Shown here piece after piece: positions 1 through 10,690 of a stretch of DNA of 46,171 bases. Under the pieces are notes generated by a model that saw nothing but the letters and a program-made list of their open reading frames with translations, made no database searches and was not told the DNA's origin. The stretch is taken from positions 1-46,171 of the forward strand of contig DATMBG010000020.1 of assembly GCA_035559535.1 (NCBI GenBank), given 5' to 3'. Every line of letters starts with the position of its first letter. Within the stretch, counting starts at the first letter, position 1. Made by a program: the position numbers and the translations under genes. The stretch is from Candidatus Limnocylindrales bacterium. Its GTDB lineage: Bacteria > Moduliflexota > Moduliflexia > Moduliflexales > JAUQPW01.

Positions 1-239
1 GGGGTAGGAAGTTAAAAATGGGGAGAGTTTCTCTAAAATTTAACGGTGGGGGTCCCTTGGGGTGGTGCGAAGGGGGTTAGGGGTCAGGGACAAAATTTGG
101 AAGGGTCCGTAACAACATAGGGCACTTCTGACCGGAAATGGAATTGGCCCTGGCTGGGGGATCTTTTTCCCCAGTTACCGGCAGTTATCAAAAACTCCTA
201 CCTGGTTTATTTAGTTTTGGCTTAACTTTTAAGTAGTCC

Positions 240-289
240 TCACCCCGGACCCCTCTCCCACGCTGCGGGAGAAGGGAGTTGGGGAGTGA
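240..289. repeat. REP-like GC-rich palindrome (CCCTCTCCC...GGGAGAAGGG type); related copies near 365-402, 7391-7435, 19120-19158, 28926-28950
   Basis: TCACCCC..CCCTCTCCC-ACGCTGC-GGGAGAAGGG..GGGGAGTGA folds on itself; similar C-run/G-run palindromes recur in intergenic DNA. Confidence 0.6.
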
Positions 290-492
290 AAGCAGTTTTC
301 CAAAGTCACTATTCACTGGATCAGGTACGGCTATAAGCTTCTGTAGGGATTCAGGGAAATAAAACCCACATTTCCCCTGCCCGACGTGGGAAGGGGGTCA
401 GGTTAATTAAAAAGATACCCTTGAAAAGGGTAAGGGGAGTATTTCTTCTTCTACTTACTATGTTGATACAGATACAATTCTTCATCGGGTAT

Positions 493-521
493 TTGACAGA
501 GAGGCTTCCAGGTTTTACATT
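493..521 (+). promoter_or_regulatory. sigma70-type promoter of ftsH
   Basis: TTGACA(493-498)-N17-TACATT(516-521); SD AGGAGG at 529-534. Confidence 0.7.
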
Positions 522-543
522 AAGTGGTAGGAGGTTTTTTACT

Positions 544-2346
544 ATGAACATGAAAGCCAAATCTTCCCTCTGGTATATTCTGGGAGCTCTTATTTTTTTA
601 TTTTTCTTTGAATATCACCTGCTGACACCCAACGTTCAGCAGATATCCTATAGTGACTTTAAGAGCCTTATACGAGAGGGAAAACTTAAATCCGTAGTAA
701 TCGGTTCGGATTTTATACGAGGGATTTCCAAGGAAGATGCAAGGACACAGAACCAGGGGAAGATGTATGTTGCAGTTAAAGTCGAAGATCCTAAACTGAT
801 AGAAGATCTGGAAAAAGCCGGGGTCCAATATTCGGGTCAATATGAAAATCCCTGGATCCGAGATATTTTATCTTGGGTTGTTCCCTTAGTCATTTTAATA
901 GCCATCTGGGGTTATTTTTTCAGGAGGATGGGAAACGCAGGGACCGGAATTCTTTCCTTTGGAAAAAGCCGGGCCAAGATTCAGAGTGAAAATAAGACCG
1001 GAATTACCTTCAATGATGTAGCCGGATTACATGAGGCCAAGGAAGAACTCAAAGAAATTGTAGAGTTTTTGAAAAATCCGGAGAAATTCCAGAGGCTGGG
1101 AGGGAGAATCCCGAAAGGAGTCTTACTGGTAGGTCCTCCTGGTACCGGAAAAACCTTATTAGCCAAGGCTGTAGCCGGGGAAGCCAGTGTTCCTTTCTTT
1201 AATATTAGCGGATCGGATTTTGTAGAGATGTTTGTAGGTGTAGGGGCCGCACGGGTTCGGGATCTTTTTGCACAGGCCCAGGAGAAAGCTCCCTGTATTG
1301 TTTTTATCGATGAGCTGGATGCCTTGGGTAAAGCCAGGGGGATTTCTCCCATTGGCGGGGGCCACGAAGAGCGGGAACAAACTCTCAATCAACTCCTTGT
1401 AGAAATGGACGGATTCGACTCCCGAAAGGGTGTTATTATCATGGCCGCCACCAACCGTCCGGAAATTTTAGACCCTGCTTTGTTGCGACCCGGGCGATTT
1501 GATCGTCATGTTGTGGTAGATAAACCGGATCGTAAGGAACGGGAAGCCATCTTAAAGATCCATGCAAGAAATGTCAAACTTGCTAAAGACGTAGATCTCA
1601 GCATTATTGCAGCCAGAACCCCGGGATTTGTCGGAGCCGACCTGGCCAATATTGTCAACGAAGCAGCTCTGTTAGCCGCCCGAAAGGATAAAGATGCCGT
1701 CGAAATGAAGGATTTTGAAGAAGCCATTGATCGGGCTATTGGAGGTCTGGAAAAAAAGCAACGGGTTTTAGGTGATCAGGAAAGAAAGATCGTCGCTTAT
1801 CATGAAGCGGGTCATGCCTTAGTGGCCGCTTCCGTCGCCCATGCAGATCCGGTTCATAAAATCTCCATTGTCTCTCGGGGGATCGCAGCCCTGGGTTGGA
1901 CCTTACAACTGCCTACGGAGGATCGGTACCTGATGACCAAGTCGGAACTTTTAGACAGAATGGCGGTCCTCCTGGGAGGGCGTGCCGCTGAGGAATTGGT
2001 ATTTCGGGAAATCTCGACTGGAGCCCAAAACGACCTTCAAAAATCTACCGATATTGCTCGAAGCATGGTCATGGAATACGGCATGAGCGAAAACCTGGGT
2101 CTTCTGACCTTCGAGAAAGACCGAAGGTCTCCGTATCTGGGGGTGAGCGGACTCGGCTATGGGCGTGAATATGGAGATCGGGTAGCCGATGAAATCGACC
2201 GGGAAGTTAAACGGATCGTGGACGAAACTTATCAACGGGTCCGGGATATCCTCCAGAGAAAATACGAAAAATTGGAGACTCTGGCCAATGCACTTCTGGA
2301 AAAGGAAACTCTGGAAGGGGAGGAACTCAAGGCCTTATTAGCCTAA
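544..2346 (+). CDS. ftsH: ATP-dependent zinc metalloprotease FtsH
   Basis: Two TM segments, Walker [18 protein letters not shown] pore, Walker [30 protein letters not shown] Zn motif; start moved to ATG 544 after AGGAGG. Confidence 0.97.
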   Translation: MNMKAKSSLWYILGALIFLFFFEYHLLTPNVQQISYSDFKSLIREGKLKSVVIGSDFIRGISKEDARTQNQGKMYVAVKVEDPKLIEDLEKAGVQYSGQYENPWIRDILSWVVPLVILIAIWGYFFRRMGNAGTGILSFGKSRAKIQSENKTGITFNDVAGLHEAKEELKEIVEFLKNPEKFQRLGGRIPKGVLLVGPPGTGKTLLAKAVAGEASVPFFNISGSDFVEMFVGVGAARVRDLFAQAQEKAPCIVFIDELDALGKARGISPIGGGHEEREQTLNQLLVEMDGFDSRKGVIIMAATNRPEILDPALLRPGRFDRHVVVDKPDRKEREAILKIHARNVKLAKDVDLSIIAARTPGFVGADLANIVNEAALLAARKDKDAVEMKDFEEAIDRAIGGLEKKQRVLGDQERKIVAYHEAGHALVAASVAHADPVHKISIVSRGIAALGWTLQLPTEDRYLMTKSELLDRMAVLLGGRAAEELVFREISTGAQNDLQKSTDIARSMVMEYGMSENLGLLTFEKDRRSPYLGVSGLGYGREYGDRVADEIDREVKRIVDETYQRVRDILQRKYEKLETLANALLEKETLEGEELKALLA

Positions 2347-2390
2347 AGAGAAGAAAAGAAAACCAGGATAAACACTCCCCTCTATCCGTA

Positions 2391-2489
2391 GGCGTCAGGA
2401 TAAAGATGAAAGGCTTTGGATTTCCTCACTCCGGGGCCCTGCCTCCTAAGTTATAGGTATTCAGTTCTTAACTCTTTTAACCTGACGCC
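2391..2489. repeat. Inverted-repeat element / hairpin downstream of ftsH
   Basis: GGCGTCAGGATAAAGA ... TCTTTTAACCTGACGCC; CCAGGATAA core also at 2363, 28977 and inverted near 29177. Confidence 0.5.
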
Positions 2490-2823
2490 GGACCCTTTAA
2501 CCTCCTCTCTTTCCTCCTCCAAAATGCAAAACCAGGAAGAAGAACAGGAATAGTACTGTCCTGGGCCTAAACAGGAAGATGATCGTTTTACCTGTTGACA
2601 ACCCTATCCCAAATGAGATATACAATCAGAATAAAACTAAGTCCTCTTATTGAATCTGCCTTTAAACAATTCAGCGAGGGATAGGGTTCCATGAGCGATA
2701 TAGTCAAAACCCCTGCTTCGAACCCTCAAAGGGAGGTCTACGGTCCTCTGGACAGGTGATCACGACCGGCCTGGTCCTGTTAAGGGTAAACAGGGTCAAG
2801 TCGGTGAAATTTACCTGGTGGTT

Positions 2824-3669
2824 ATGAAATCCGGCACCCAACGCATAAAACAAAGATTCGTTCCCTTTATCCTCTTACTTCCAGCGGTAACCCTGACCGT
2901 TCTATTCCTGATACTTCCTCTATTTTACCTGGTCATGATGAGTTTCACAGAGGGGTCCAGCTTTTTCTTTGAGCAAAAATTTACCCTGGATAATTACAGG
3001 GAACTGTTCAGTCGCTATCGAGGGGTCATCCGAACTACTGTGTTCCTGGCCTTGGCTTCTGCCATAGTTGATCTCCTCTTAGGTTATCCCTTTGCCTACT
3101 TCCTCCAGAGCCGCTTTCCCTATAAAGACCTGGCCCGGGCCTTGATAATCTTTCCCCTCTTTGGAGGGCTGTATCTGGCCTTTGGTTTATACTATTTGTT
3201 TTTACCTAAAGGGGTTCTTTCACCCCTTTTAGAAAGGCTAGGGATTAATGTGTTATCCCTCCTCTACTCAGAGAGTTCTGTTATTCTTGGCATGGCTATT
3301 TTAACTTTTCCGTTCATGGTTGCAAATATTATGACAGCCCTTCAGAACATCGATCCTATCTTAAAAGAAGCTGCTTTATGCTTGGGGGCCAGCCGGTTCA
3401 GAATTTTTTGCAGAATTACCCTTCCCTTGACATGGTCTGGTATGGTAGCCGGGTTTTTAATGTGCTTCGGTTGGAACCTGGGAGCCTATGAAATACCTCT
3501 ATTCCTGGGCAGCCAGGCCGAACAGCAGGTGGTCTCTATTAAGATGTATCAACAGGCTCTGGTCATGTCCAATTATGGACTCTCTGCAGCACTGGGCATG
3601 GTTGTCATGGCCCTTTCCTTTTCGGTAACTTATCTCTCCCTGAGATTTTCCAAAGGAGCCTTGACATGA
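2824..3669 (+). CDS. ABC transporter permease (PotB-like)
   Basis: About 6 TM helices, EAA loop LKEAALCLGAS; start may be GTG 2818. Confidence 0.9.
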   Translation: MKSGTQRIKQRFVPFILLLPAVTLTVLFLILPLFYLVMMSFTEGSSFFFEQKFTLDNYRELFSRYRGVIRTTVFLALASAIVDLLLGYPFAYFLQSRFPYKDLARALIIFPLFGGLYLAFGLYYLFLPKGVLSPLLERLGINVLSLLYSESSVILGMAILTFPFMVANIMTALQNIDPILKEAALCLGASRFRIFCRITLPLTWSGMVAGFLMCFGWNLGAYEIPLFLGSQAEQQVVSIKMYQQALVMSNYGLSAALGMVVMALSFSVTYLSLRFSKGALT

Positions 3670-3709
3670 ATCCGTCTGTTGTAATCTCGGGTTTTAAAGG
3701 AGCAGGTGT

Positions 3710-4630
3710 ATGAGCCTTTCGGGGATCCCTTTAGATCCGCAGATAAAAAGCGAAAAGGAGAGGGAGGGAAAGGGAGAAATCTTTTACGTTTCCACACCTC
3801 CCCCCACCCATACTCCCCTACCTGGTCCTTATCTTCCAAAGATCCAGACCTTCTTTCTTAATGAACTGGCCTATCTTTATGTCCTATTTTGTCTCTTGAT
3901 CTCTGTCATGCCCTTTGGAGTCACCCTCTGGTATTCTCTCTTGACACGGGGTAAATCTCCAAAATTAACCCTGGCAAATTATCAATATGTCTTTGGGAGT
4001 TTTCTCGATTCCCTTCTACTCAGCTCAAGGGTTAGCCTTGTAACCCTTCTTTTTAATTTCCTCATCGTCATTCCAGCCGCTTATGCCCTGGTACGTTGTG
4101 AGTTCAAAGGAAAGAAATTCGTTCTCACGCTACTGAATGTACCCCTTTACTCACCGGCTATTATTCTGGGGATCGGTCTGCTGCTCATCTATCACTTTAC
4201 TTATGGCCTCTATAACTCTTTCTGGGGCCTCTGTTTTGGTATGATGGTGGGAACTTTTCCGCTCATGCTTATGCCGGTTATGGTCGCTCTAAAGGACCTG
4301 GATAAGGTTTACGAAGAGGCTGCCCTATGCCTGGGTGCCAGTCCGCTCTATACCTTCTTTAAAGTCACACTCCCTCTGATAGGCCCCGGCATTAGTGCCG
4401 GGATTATTTTGAATTTCGTCATTGTCTGGAACGAATTTCTAGTTACCTTATTTATCGCAGGTCCGGATTATATCACGGCACCTTTAAAAGTCTATAACCA
4501 GATCCTCTGGTTTGGGTACCAGAACACCACCGCAGCCCTGGCCGCCACCTTGCAGATCATTTCTTTTCTGGCTTTGATGGTCTACTTTAAATTGTTTGGA
4601 TCTCGCTTTTTAAAGGGAAGGTTCTTTTAA
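3710..4630 (+). CDS. ABC transporter permease (PotC-like)
   Basis: EAA loop YEEAALCLGAS, WNEF motif, SD AAGGAG upstream. Confidence 0.9.
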   Translation: MSLSGIPLDPQIKSEKEREGKGEIFYVSTPPPTHTPLPGPYLPKIQTFFLNELAYLYVLFCLLISVMPFGVTLWYSLLTRGKSPKLTLANYQYVFGSFLDSLLLSSRVSLVTLLFNFLIVIPAAYALVRCEFKGKKFVLTLLNVPLYSPAIILGIGLLLIYHFTYGLYNSFWGLCFGMMVGTFPLMLMPVMVALKDLDKVYEEAALCLGASPLYTFFKVTLPLIGPGISAGIILNFVIVWNEFLVTLFIAGPDYITAPLKVYNQILWFGYQNTTAALAATLQIISFLALMVYFKLFGSRFLKGRFF

Positions 4631-4738
4631 TATTTCTCAGAGGGTAATCCCGGTGACGGTTCCTATCTTACATAATGGGCTATTAGACAAAGGAAAAAGA
4701 GGCGGTGTATTTCTATGCAAGACTAAATATCAGGCGCT

Positions 4739-4850
4739 GTAAATCCTGCAGGAGTTGTAATACGAGATGGTATTTTGGTAATTGACGAAATAAAGCAAAT
4801 TAGCATTTCGTGCCGACCGGGGCAGTTCTTCTAACTACGGCAGGATTTAC
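4739..4850. repeat. Long imperfect intergenic hairpin
   Basis: GTAAATCCTGC...GCAGGATTTAC outer arms; ACGAGATGGTATTTTG...CAAATTAGCATTTCGT inner arms. Confidence 0.6.
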
Positions 4851-4869
4851 GCGACGCAAAGGATCAGGA

Positions 4870-5973
4870 ATGGCTTCTGTCAGGTTGGTTAATGTCACCA
4901 AAAGATATGGAGAAATTGTAGCTGTGGATCGAGTTAACCTGACCGTTGAAAACGGGGAATTTATAACCCTTCTAGGTCCGAGTGGGTGTGGGAAAACAAC
5001 CACTCTCCGGATGATTGCGGGACTTGTGGAGCCTAGCGAAGGGGAAATCTATTTTGATGACGAACTGATGAATGCCGTACCGGTCAATCGGCGAAATGTT
5101 GGATTTGTTTTTCAAAGTCACGCTTTATTCCCCCATATGACCGTGCAAGAGAACCTTGCGTTCGGGTTGAAAGCGAGGGGATTTCCCAAGCAAGAAATCA
5201 AAAAGAGGATCCAGGAAGTCCTCCATCTGGTGGAGATGGTGGGATTTGAGAAGCGTAAGCCGCATCAACTGAGTGGTGGTCAACAACAGCGGATCTCATT
5301 GGCTCGGGTTCTCGTGGGAGATCCCACGGTGCTACTTTTCGACGAACCCTTGAGTTCCCTGGATTTCAATCTACGGAATACCCTGAAGTTTCAAATCAAA
5401 GAGCTGCAGCGGAGAACCCGAAAGACGGCCATTTATGTGACCCATGATCAATCCGAGGCTTTTGCTATCTCCGATCGGATTGTCGTCATGGATCGCGGCC
5501 GAATTCAGCAGATCGGAACCCAACTGGACATTTACCTGAGGCCCCAAACACCCGTTGTAGCCAACTTCATAGGCTCCCATAATTGCTTCCGGGGAATTTT
5601 AACAGAATGGGAACCGGAGAGCGGCTTGGGGGTCCTTGATTGCGAAGGCCTGCTCCTTAAAGTGAGGATGTCAGAAGGTTACTACCCTAGAGCAACGCAG
5701 GACTCTACACCCCATCGGGTTTTGGCCTACTTGCGTCCGGAAGAGATAGAGATCCTCGATCATCCCGAAAATGAAGCCTATCTAAATTGTTTCCGGGGCC
5801 GAATTCAACAGGTAATTTTCGAAGGTTCCACTCTCCGTGTCTATGTAGAGGTAGCCGATCGTATCCTGCAAGCCGAAGTAAGCGGAAAAAAGCGGTTGAG
5901 CTTCTTCGGCAAAGAAGGACTCAACGTTTATATCGGTTTCAGCGATCTAACCCTGATACGGGAGAAGGAATAA
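4870..5973 (+). CDS. ABC transporter ATP-binding protein (PotA-like, C-terminal TOBE-like region)
   Basis: GPSGCGKT, LSGGQQQR, LLFDEP, YVTHD; start at ATG 4870. Confidence 0.95.
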   Translation: MASVRLVNVTKRYGEIVAVDRVNLTVENGEFITLLGPSGCGKTTTLRMIAGLVEPSEGEIYFDDELMNAVPVNRRNVGFVFQSHALFPHMTVQENLAFGLKARGFPKQEIKKRIQEVLHLVEMVGFEKRKPHQLSGGQQQRISLARVLVGDPTVLLFDEPLSSLDFNLRNTLKFQIKELQRRTRKTAIYVTHDQSEAFAISDRIVVMDRGRIQQIGTQLDIYLRPQTPVVANFIGSHNCFRGILTEWEPESGLGVLDCEGLLLKVRMSEGYYPRATQDSTPHRVLAYLRPEEIEILDHPENEAYLNCFRGRIQQVIFEGSTLRVYVEVADRILQAEVSGKKRLSFFGKEGLNVYIGFSDLTLIREKE

Positions 5974-5974
5974 G

Positions 5975-6035
5975 CCGCAAAGGGCTCCGAAAAGTAGACG
6001 TATAAGAGTTTCCCTACGCTCAGAGCCCTTTGTGG
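5975..6035. terminator. Hairpin between convergent genes (possible terminator)
   Basis: CAAAGGGCTC...GAGCCCTTTG inverted repeat; no clear U tract. Confidence 0.4.
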
Positions 6036-6040
6036 ATAAA

Positions 6041-7264
6041 TTATTGGAGTCTTTGTTCATAATACTTCATCCAGCTATCCATATGGGTACCCACAAAATT
6101 CCAATCCACCGGCTTATACTGCTTTTGCACGATCTCCAGAGAAGGGTACATGGAAGAATAGGAGGGTTTAATCCAGTCCGGCAAAAGTCCTTCATAGTGA
6201 GGGCCTAAAAGCCCCTCGTGAAATTCTGCCCAGGGACCTTTCTCCAGTTTCCAGCTATCAGGAGGAACTTGCCGTTCATCGCTCAGTTCAAAGTTGATAA
6301 AAATCTGAGCCAGCACCGGGTGTGGGGCGTTTTTGGGAATCCAGGCAAATCCATTAGCCATGGCCTGTCCCGATTCCGCGTTCAGAAAAGCTGTGGATTC
6401 ATAACCCTCTAAAAATTCAAGGCGAGCCAGGGAGTTCCAAAACATAACGGCATGGACCGCTTCGGACCGTAGGAGTTGTTGCATCTCGGAGCTGGAAGTA
6501 GTGTATTTCACCACATTAGGACCGATTTTATCCACCGCAAAGTCAATAGCTTTTTTCATATCTTCATCCTTTTTATAATCCCCACCCAGAGACCAGCAGA
6601 GCCCGATTAGAAAACCCGCCGCAGTGATATCTCCCGGCTTGGCTAATGTCAGCTTCCCCTTTAACCTTGGATCTGCCAGATCTTTCCAGTCCTTGAGAAA
6701 CCCTGCCTTGTCTTTGTTGTAAACGATACCTGGGGAGGCAGTTGCTTGAAACGCCACGGCATTGGGTGCATAAACGAATGAAGGTAAGACATTCTTCAGG
6801 TTGGGAACCAGATCAGAGGGTAAAAAAGGCTGCACCACGTCGTGGCTCAAGGCTTCATGGTAATAATTTTCCTCGATGGCCAGTACATCATAGGGAGCCG
6901 GATTTCCGGCCTTTTGTGCAGTATATAAGTTCGTCAGGTAAGTCCCCGGTTCTTGTGTACCCAGATACTTGATCTCTACCTCAACCCCATATTCTTTCTT
7001 GACATATTCTTTAAATTTATCCACCAACGTGTCATTGGCCGTATAGGTCCAATTCCCGACAATTACCTCCCCTTCTTTTTTTATTTGCTCAATGAGCTCC
7101 GCCCGGGTCAGGGTTTTATCCAGAATGGGAACTCTAATCTGATCTTCGGCTCCCTGAACCTGTGAAGAGAAGACTGAAAAGGCCCCCATCAAGAAAAAGA
7201 TCCAGATGACCCTGGAGGAAAAAACGCGTTTCAGTCGGATAGTATGGCGTGTAGACTCTAACAT
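6041..7264 (-). CDS. ABC extracellular solute-binding protein (PotD/PotF-like)
   Basis: Signal peptide, IVYNKDK..WKDLADPRLKGKL, IPKNAPHPVLAQIFINF; SD AAGGAGG. Confidence 0.85.
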   Translation of the reverse strand: MLESTRHTIRLKRVFSSRVIWIFFLMGAFSVFSSQVQGAEDQIRVPILDKTLTRAELIEQIKKEGEVIVGNWTYTANDTLVDKFKEYVKKEYGVEVEIKYLGTQEPGTYLTNLYTAQKAGNPAPYDVLAIEENYYHEALSHDVVQPFLPSDLVPNLKNVLPSFVYAPNAVAFQATASPGIVYNKDKAGFLKDWKDLADPRLKGKLTLAKPGDITAAGFLIGLCWSLGGDYKKDEDMKKAIDFAVDKIGPNVVKYTTSSSEMQQLLRSEAVHAVMFWNSLARLEFLEGYESTAFLNAESGQAMANGFAWIPKNAPHPVLAQIFINFELSDERQVPPDSWKLEKGPWAEFHEGLLGPHYEGLLPDWIKPSYSSMYPSLEIVQKQYKPVDWNFVGTHMDSWMKYYEQRLQ

Positions 7265-7575
7265 AGCAGGACCTCCTTTACCGAGACCCGTTTTTATCGA
7301 TAACCAGAACGGAGTCCGGTTCGATGAAGACAGTCTCTTTGGCTAATCGTTATCATTTAATCTCTCTGGGTATTGGGAAATCTTCGTACCTTCCTCCCCG
7401 CCTCCTTTCCCCCACAAGCGGGGGAAGGGGGGGATAGAGATGGGGCTGGATTTCCACATTTTTCAGATAACCTGTATAAAAGATCGGACCCTGCAAGTTT
7501 CAAGTGATTCGGTTATGATAAAGATTCGAGTATCCGATAGTGGAAGAGAAAGCGGGAAGGTAAAAGGCCGTCGCA

Positions 7576-9141
7576 TTAACCTTTCTCTGCCAGATATTTA
7601 TACCGTTCCCTTAATACAGCCTTTTGGACCTTCCCTGTAGCCGTTGTTACCGGTAAGGTCTCAACAAATTCTACATATTTGGGTTTTTTGTAACCGGCTA
7701 AACGGGTTCTTACATAGTCAATGACCTCTTCTTTGGTCAACATAGCCCCTTCTTGAGGAACTACAACGGCCAGGACCGATTCACCCCATTCCCTATCCGG
7801 TATTCCGATTACCGCTACGTCTTTGATTTTATCGTGTTGTCGTAGCAGTTTTTCTATCTCGACCGGATAAATCTTTTCTCCCCCACTGATAATCATATCC
7901 TTTGACCGCCCGACAATATAGATAAATCCCTCCTCGTCGTATCGCCCCAGGTCACCGCTATAAAGCCAACCTTCCCGGAGGGTTTCAGCCGTTTTTTCCG
8001 GCATGTTCCAATACCCTTGCATAATGGTAGGACCCCTGGCGATAATTTCTCCTACTTCTCCCACGGCTACATCCTTTCCTTCCTTGTTTACGATACGGAC
8101 TTCCACCAGAGGATGTGGCTTTCCCACCGAGTTGATCTTAGCCTGGTTTTGCCGGGTTAGCCGGCAGAAAGTCAGAATACAACCCGCTTCGGTCAGGCCA
8201 TAGGTTACATAGACGTCTGCATGAAAATGTTGTAGGATTCCATTCAGGAGATCGGGAGGAAAAGTATCAGAAGATCCCAGGCAGCGTTTAACGGAACTCA
8301 AATCATAGTTCTGCAAGTTTGGTACTGCAAGCAACCTCCGCCAGACGGTAGGAACACAAAAAATATTGGTGACCCGGTATTTCTGGACCATCTCCAGAAT
8401 ATCCTCGGGATCCGGTCGGTCCAGGATAATAACGGTAGCTCCTACCATAAAATGGGGTAATAGAATACAATCCGGACCCCCGGTATGGAACAAGGGATAG
8501 AGAACCAACCCTCGATCTTCCTCTACGTTTCCGGTCTTAAGGGCCCAGGCCAGGGCGTGGAGATAATGGTTTTTATGGGAAAGTACAGCCCCTTTTGGAA
8601 ATCCTGTAGTTCCACTGGTATAGAGAATAATATGCGGATCGTTTTCATTGACTTTCACAAGGGGTTCCTCATCTGATTGTAACTCCATAAGTTCTTCCAA
8701 ATAGGGTCCCATAGGGGGATTTCCATCAGATTTCTGAGTTTCCGGGTCTTGATAGTAAAAAACCTGCCGGACGCTTTGCAGGTCAGGAAGGATAGGAAGG
8801 ACTGTTTCAGAGAAATTCCTATGAACAATAAAAACCGAACTCCCTGACTGAGTCAGGGTATATTGAATTTCACTTCCTTTGTACCAGAAGTTAACCGGCA
8901 CCATGATCGCCCCGATTTTTGCCAGGGCAAAATAGATCATCACATATCGGGCTGAATTCCTTCCCAGAACTGCTACCCGGTCCCCTTTCTGAACCCCTGA
9001 TTGAAGGAGAACTCGCGATAGACGGTTTACCTGGCGATTCAGCTCCTGATAAGTCCAACTTTCTCCACGAAAAATCAGAGCCACCTTGTTTCCGTACATC
9101 TCCGATTTAGCATTCTTACGCAGGATATCTCCGAGAAGCAT
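7576..9141 (-). CDS. AMP-forming acyl-CoA synthetase
   Basis: YTSGTTGFPKG, YGLTE, SGDLG, GRSKDMIISGGEKIYP. Confidence 0.95.
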   Translation of the reverse strand: MLLGDILRKNAKSEMYGNKVALIFRGESWTYQELNRQVNRLSRVLLQSGVQKGDRVAVLGRNSARYVMIYFALAKIGAIMVPVNFWYKGSEIQYTLTQSGSSVFIVHRNFSETVLPILPDLQSVRQVFYYQDPETQKSDGNPPMGPYLEELMELQSDEEPLVKVNENDPHIILYTSGTTGFPKGAVLSHKNHYLHALAWALKTGNVEEDRGLVLYPLFHTGGPDCILLPHFMVGATVIILDRPDPEDILEMVQKYRVTNIFCVPTVWRRLLAVPNLQNYDLSSVKRCLGSSDTFPPDLLNGILQHFHADVYVTYGLTEAGCILTFCRLTRQNQAKINSVGKPHPLVEVRIVNKEGKDVAVGEVGEIIARGPTIMQGYWNMPEKTAETLREGWLYSGDLGRYDEEGFIYIVGRSKDMIISGGEKIYPVEIEKLLRQHDKIKDVAVIGIPDREWGESVLAVVVPQEGAMLTKEEVIDYVRTRLAGYKKPKYVEFVETLPVTTATGKVQKAVLRERYKYLAEKG

Positions 9142-9363
9142 GTTTTAACCCCTGGTCTACGATCCGTAATTCTTGATTTTGAACCACGGATTCAGGATGA
9201 GGGGTAAAAGAAAAATTTAAAGAAATGATTTTCGTAAATTGGAGGCCCCCAACCCGGTATCGGACGAATCAGCGATGGGTCTGGGATAAAACCCCGGGAA
9301 TAACCTGCCGGGCATCAGTACCTTGGAAGGGTCTTCACTTATGCTTAACTTACAGAGGACGGT

Positions 9364-10554
9364 TTAGCTCCCCTCTGGACTGGCCTCTAATTTGACATTG
9401 AGGGTCAGAGACTTCCCGCCCCGGATGATGCCCACAGAAATTATCTCACCAACCCGTTGCTGGCGGATGATTTGAGTAATATCATCGGAGTTTATTATTT
9501 TCTCGCCGGCAATTTCGGTAATAATATCGCCCCCCACCATAATTTTACGACTCCCCAGTAAGTAAGCTTTATTTCCCCCCTGGATACCGGCTTTATCGGC
9601 AGGACTCCCCCGATAAATCTGAGCAACCATAAAACCTTCCTGAACGGGTAACTTCAAAATTTCTGCAATTTCGGGAATAATAGTCAGGCCACTGGCCACT
9701 CCCAACCAGGGTCTTATAACCCTTCCCTGGGTTATAAGCTGGTCTGCAATTTCTTTAGCCGTATGAATGGGAATGGCAAAACCAATACCCTGGGACCCTC
9801 CGGATCTGGAATAAATGGCGGTATTGATACCGATGACCTCTCCCCTGGAGTTGATTAGAGGGCCACCGCTGTTCCCAGGATTAATGGAGGCATCGGTCTG
9901 GATCACCTGACGGACTTCTGCATTTTCACTGATTCGGAGTTGTCGGTTCAGGGCGCTGATCACACCGGAGGTAACCGTTTGGTTAAATCCAAAAGGATTT
10001 CCAATAGCAATGGCCCTTTGGCCGACACGAAGTTTACGGGAATCTCCTAAAGTCACAGGACGTAGTTCGGGACTGGGGGGGATTTGAATCACCGCCAAAT
10101 CGGTTCCTGGATCCCGACCTACCAGTTTGGCAGGAACCTTTTTACCATTCGCCAGGGTTACCTCTAAAATCCTGGCATCTTCGATTACATGGTTGTTGGT
10201 CAGGATATGCCCCTTGTTATCGATAATAAATCCAGATCCCTGACCTTCTCGAGGTACGATATCCATCCAAAAGTTCAGTTCTAGAGTGGTTGCTGCAATA
10301 TTAACCACAGAGGGAGAAACCCGCTCATATACTTTAATCACGGTCTTTTCACTCAGATCTTCATCGGGAAAAGAACTATTTACTTCGGAAACCCTGGACT
10401 CTTCCAGAGGAACTTCCCTCGTAATTTCTGAAGCCGTCGGTAAGAGTTTTGTTATTTGACCGGACTTTAAATTCTCATAATAGGTCACACCCACAAAGAC
10501 CAGGATACCACTTATGAGGCCGCTTAACAGAGAGACAATAATATAACGGTACAT
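9364..10554 (-). CDS. HtrA/DegP-family serine protease with one PDZ domain
   Basis: TNNHVI, TDLAVI, GNSGGPL triad; N-terminal TM; PDZ. Confidence 0.95.
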   Translation of the reverse strand: MYRYIIVSLLSGLISGILVFVGVTYYENLKSGQITKLLPTASEITREVPLEESRVSEVNSSFPDEDLSEKTVIKVYERVSPSVVNIAATTLELNFWMDIVPREGQGSGFIIDNKGHILTNNHVIEDARILEVTLANGKKVPAKLVGRDPGTDLAVIQIPPSPELRPVTLGDSRKLRVGQRAIAIGNPFGFNQTVTSGVISALNRQLRISENAEVRQVIQTDASINPGNSGGPLINSRGEVIGINTAIYSRSGGSQGIGFAIPIHTAKEIADQLITQGRVIRPWLGVASGLTIIPEIAEILKLPVQEGFMVAQIYRGSPADKAGIQGGNKAYLLGSRKIMVGGDIITEIAGEKIINSDDITQIIRQQRVGEIISVGIIRGGKSLTLNVKLEASPEGS

Positions 10555-10556
10555 AA

Positions 10557-10677
10557 GAATTTAACCACAAAGGGACTTTGGATTACGACAAAACCCCGGT
10601 CTTTTCATCGCCCTCCCCCTTTATTTTTTTCTATCTATCGTGGTCCAAAATGCCTTTGTGTCTTTGTGGTTGAATTC
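10557..10677. repeat. Inverted-repeat element filling the LolA-like/HtrA spacer
   Basis: GAATTTAACCACAAAG ... CTTTGTGGTTGAATTC (15/16). Confidence 0.65.
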
Positions 10678-10690
10678 TTTAAATCCTAGA

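Noticed and set aside
1-230. Feature in the homopolymer-rich window start
   Set aside because: No ORF or RNA motif; only repeat fragments, possibly low-quality sequence
2682-2800. ykkC/guanidine-I riboswitch (TAGGGTTCC...GCCTGGTCC)
   Set aside because: No P1 closing stem and no 3' GGGAYAAAAGCCCGGGAG element
9283-9300. ykkC-like 3' motif GGGATAAAACCCCGGGAA
   Set aside because: Wrong strand for the flanking genes and no 5' half
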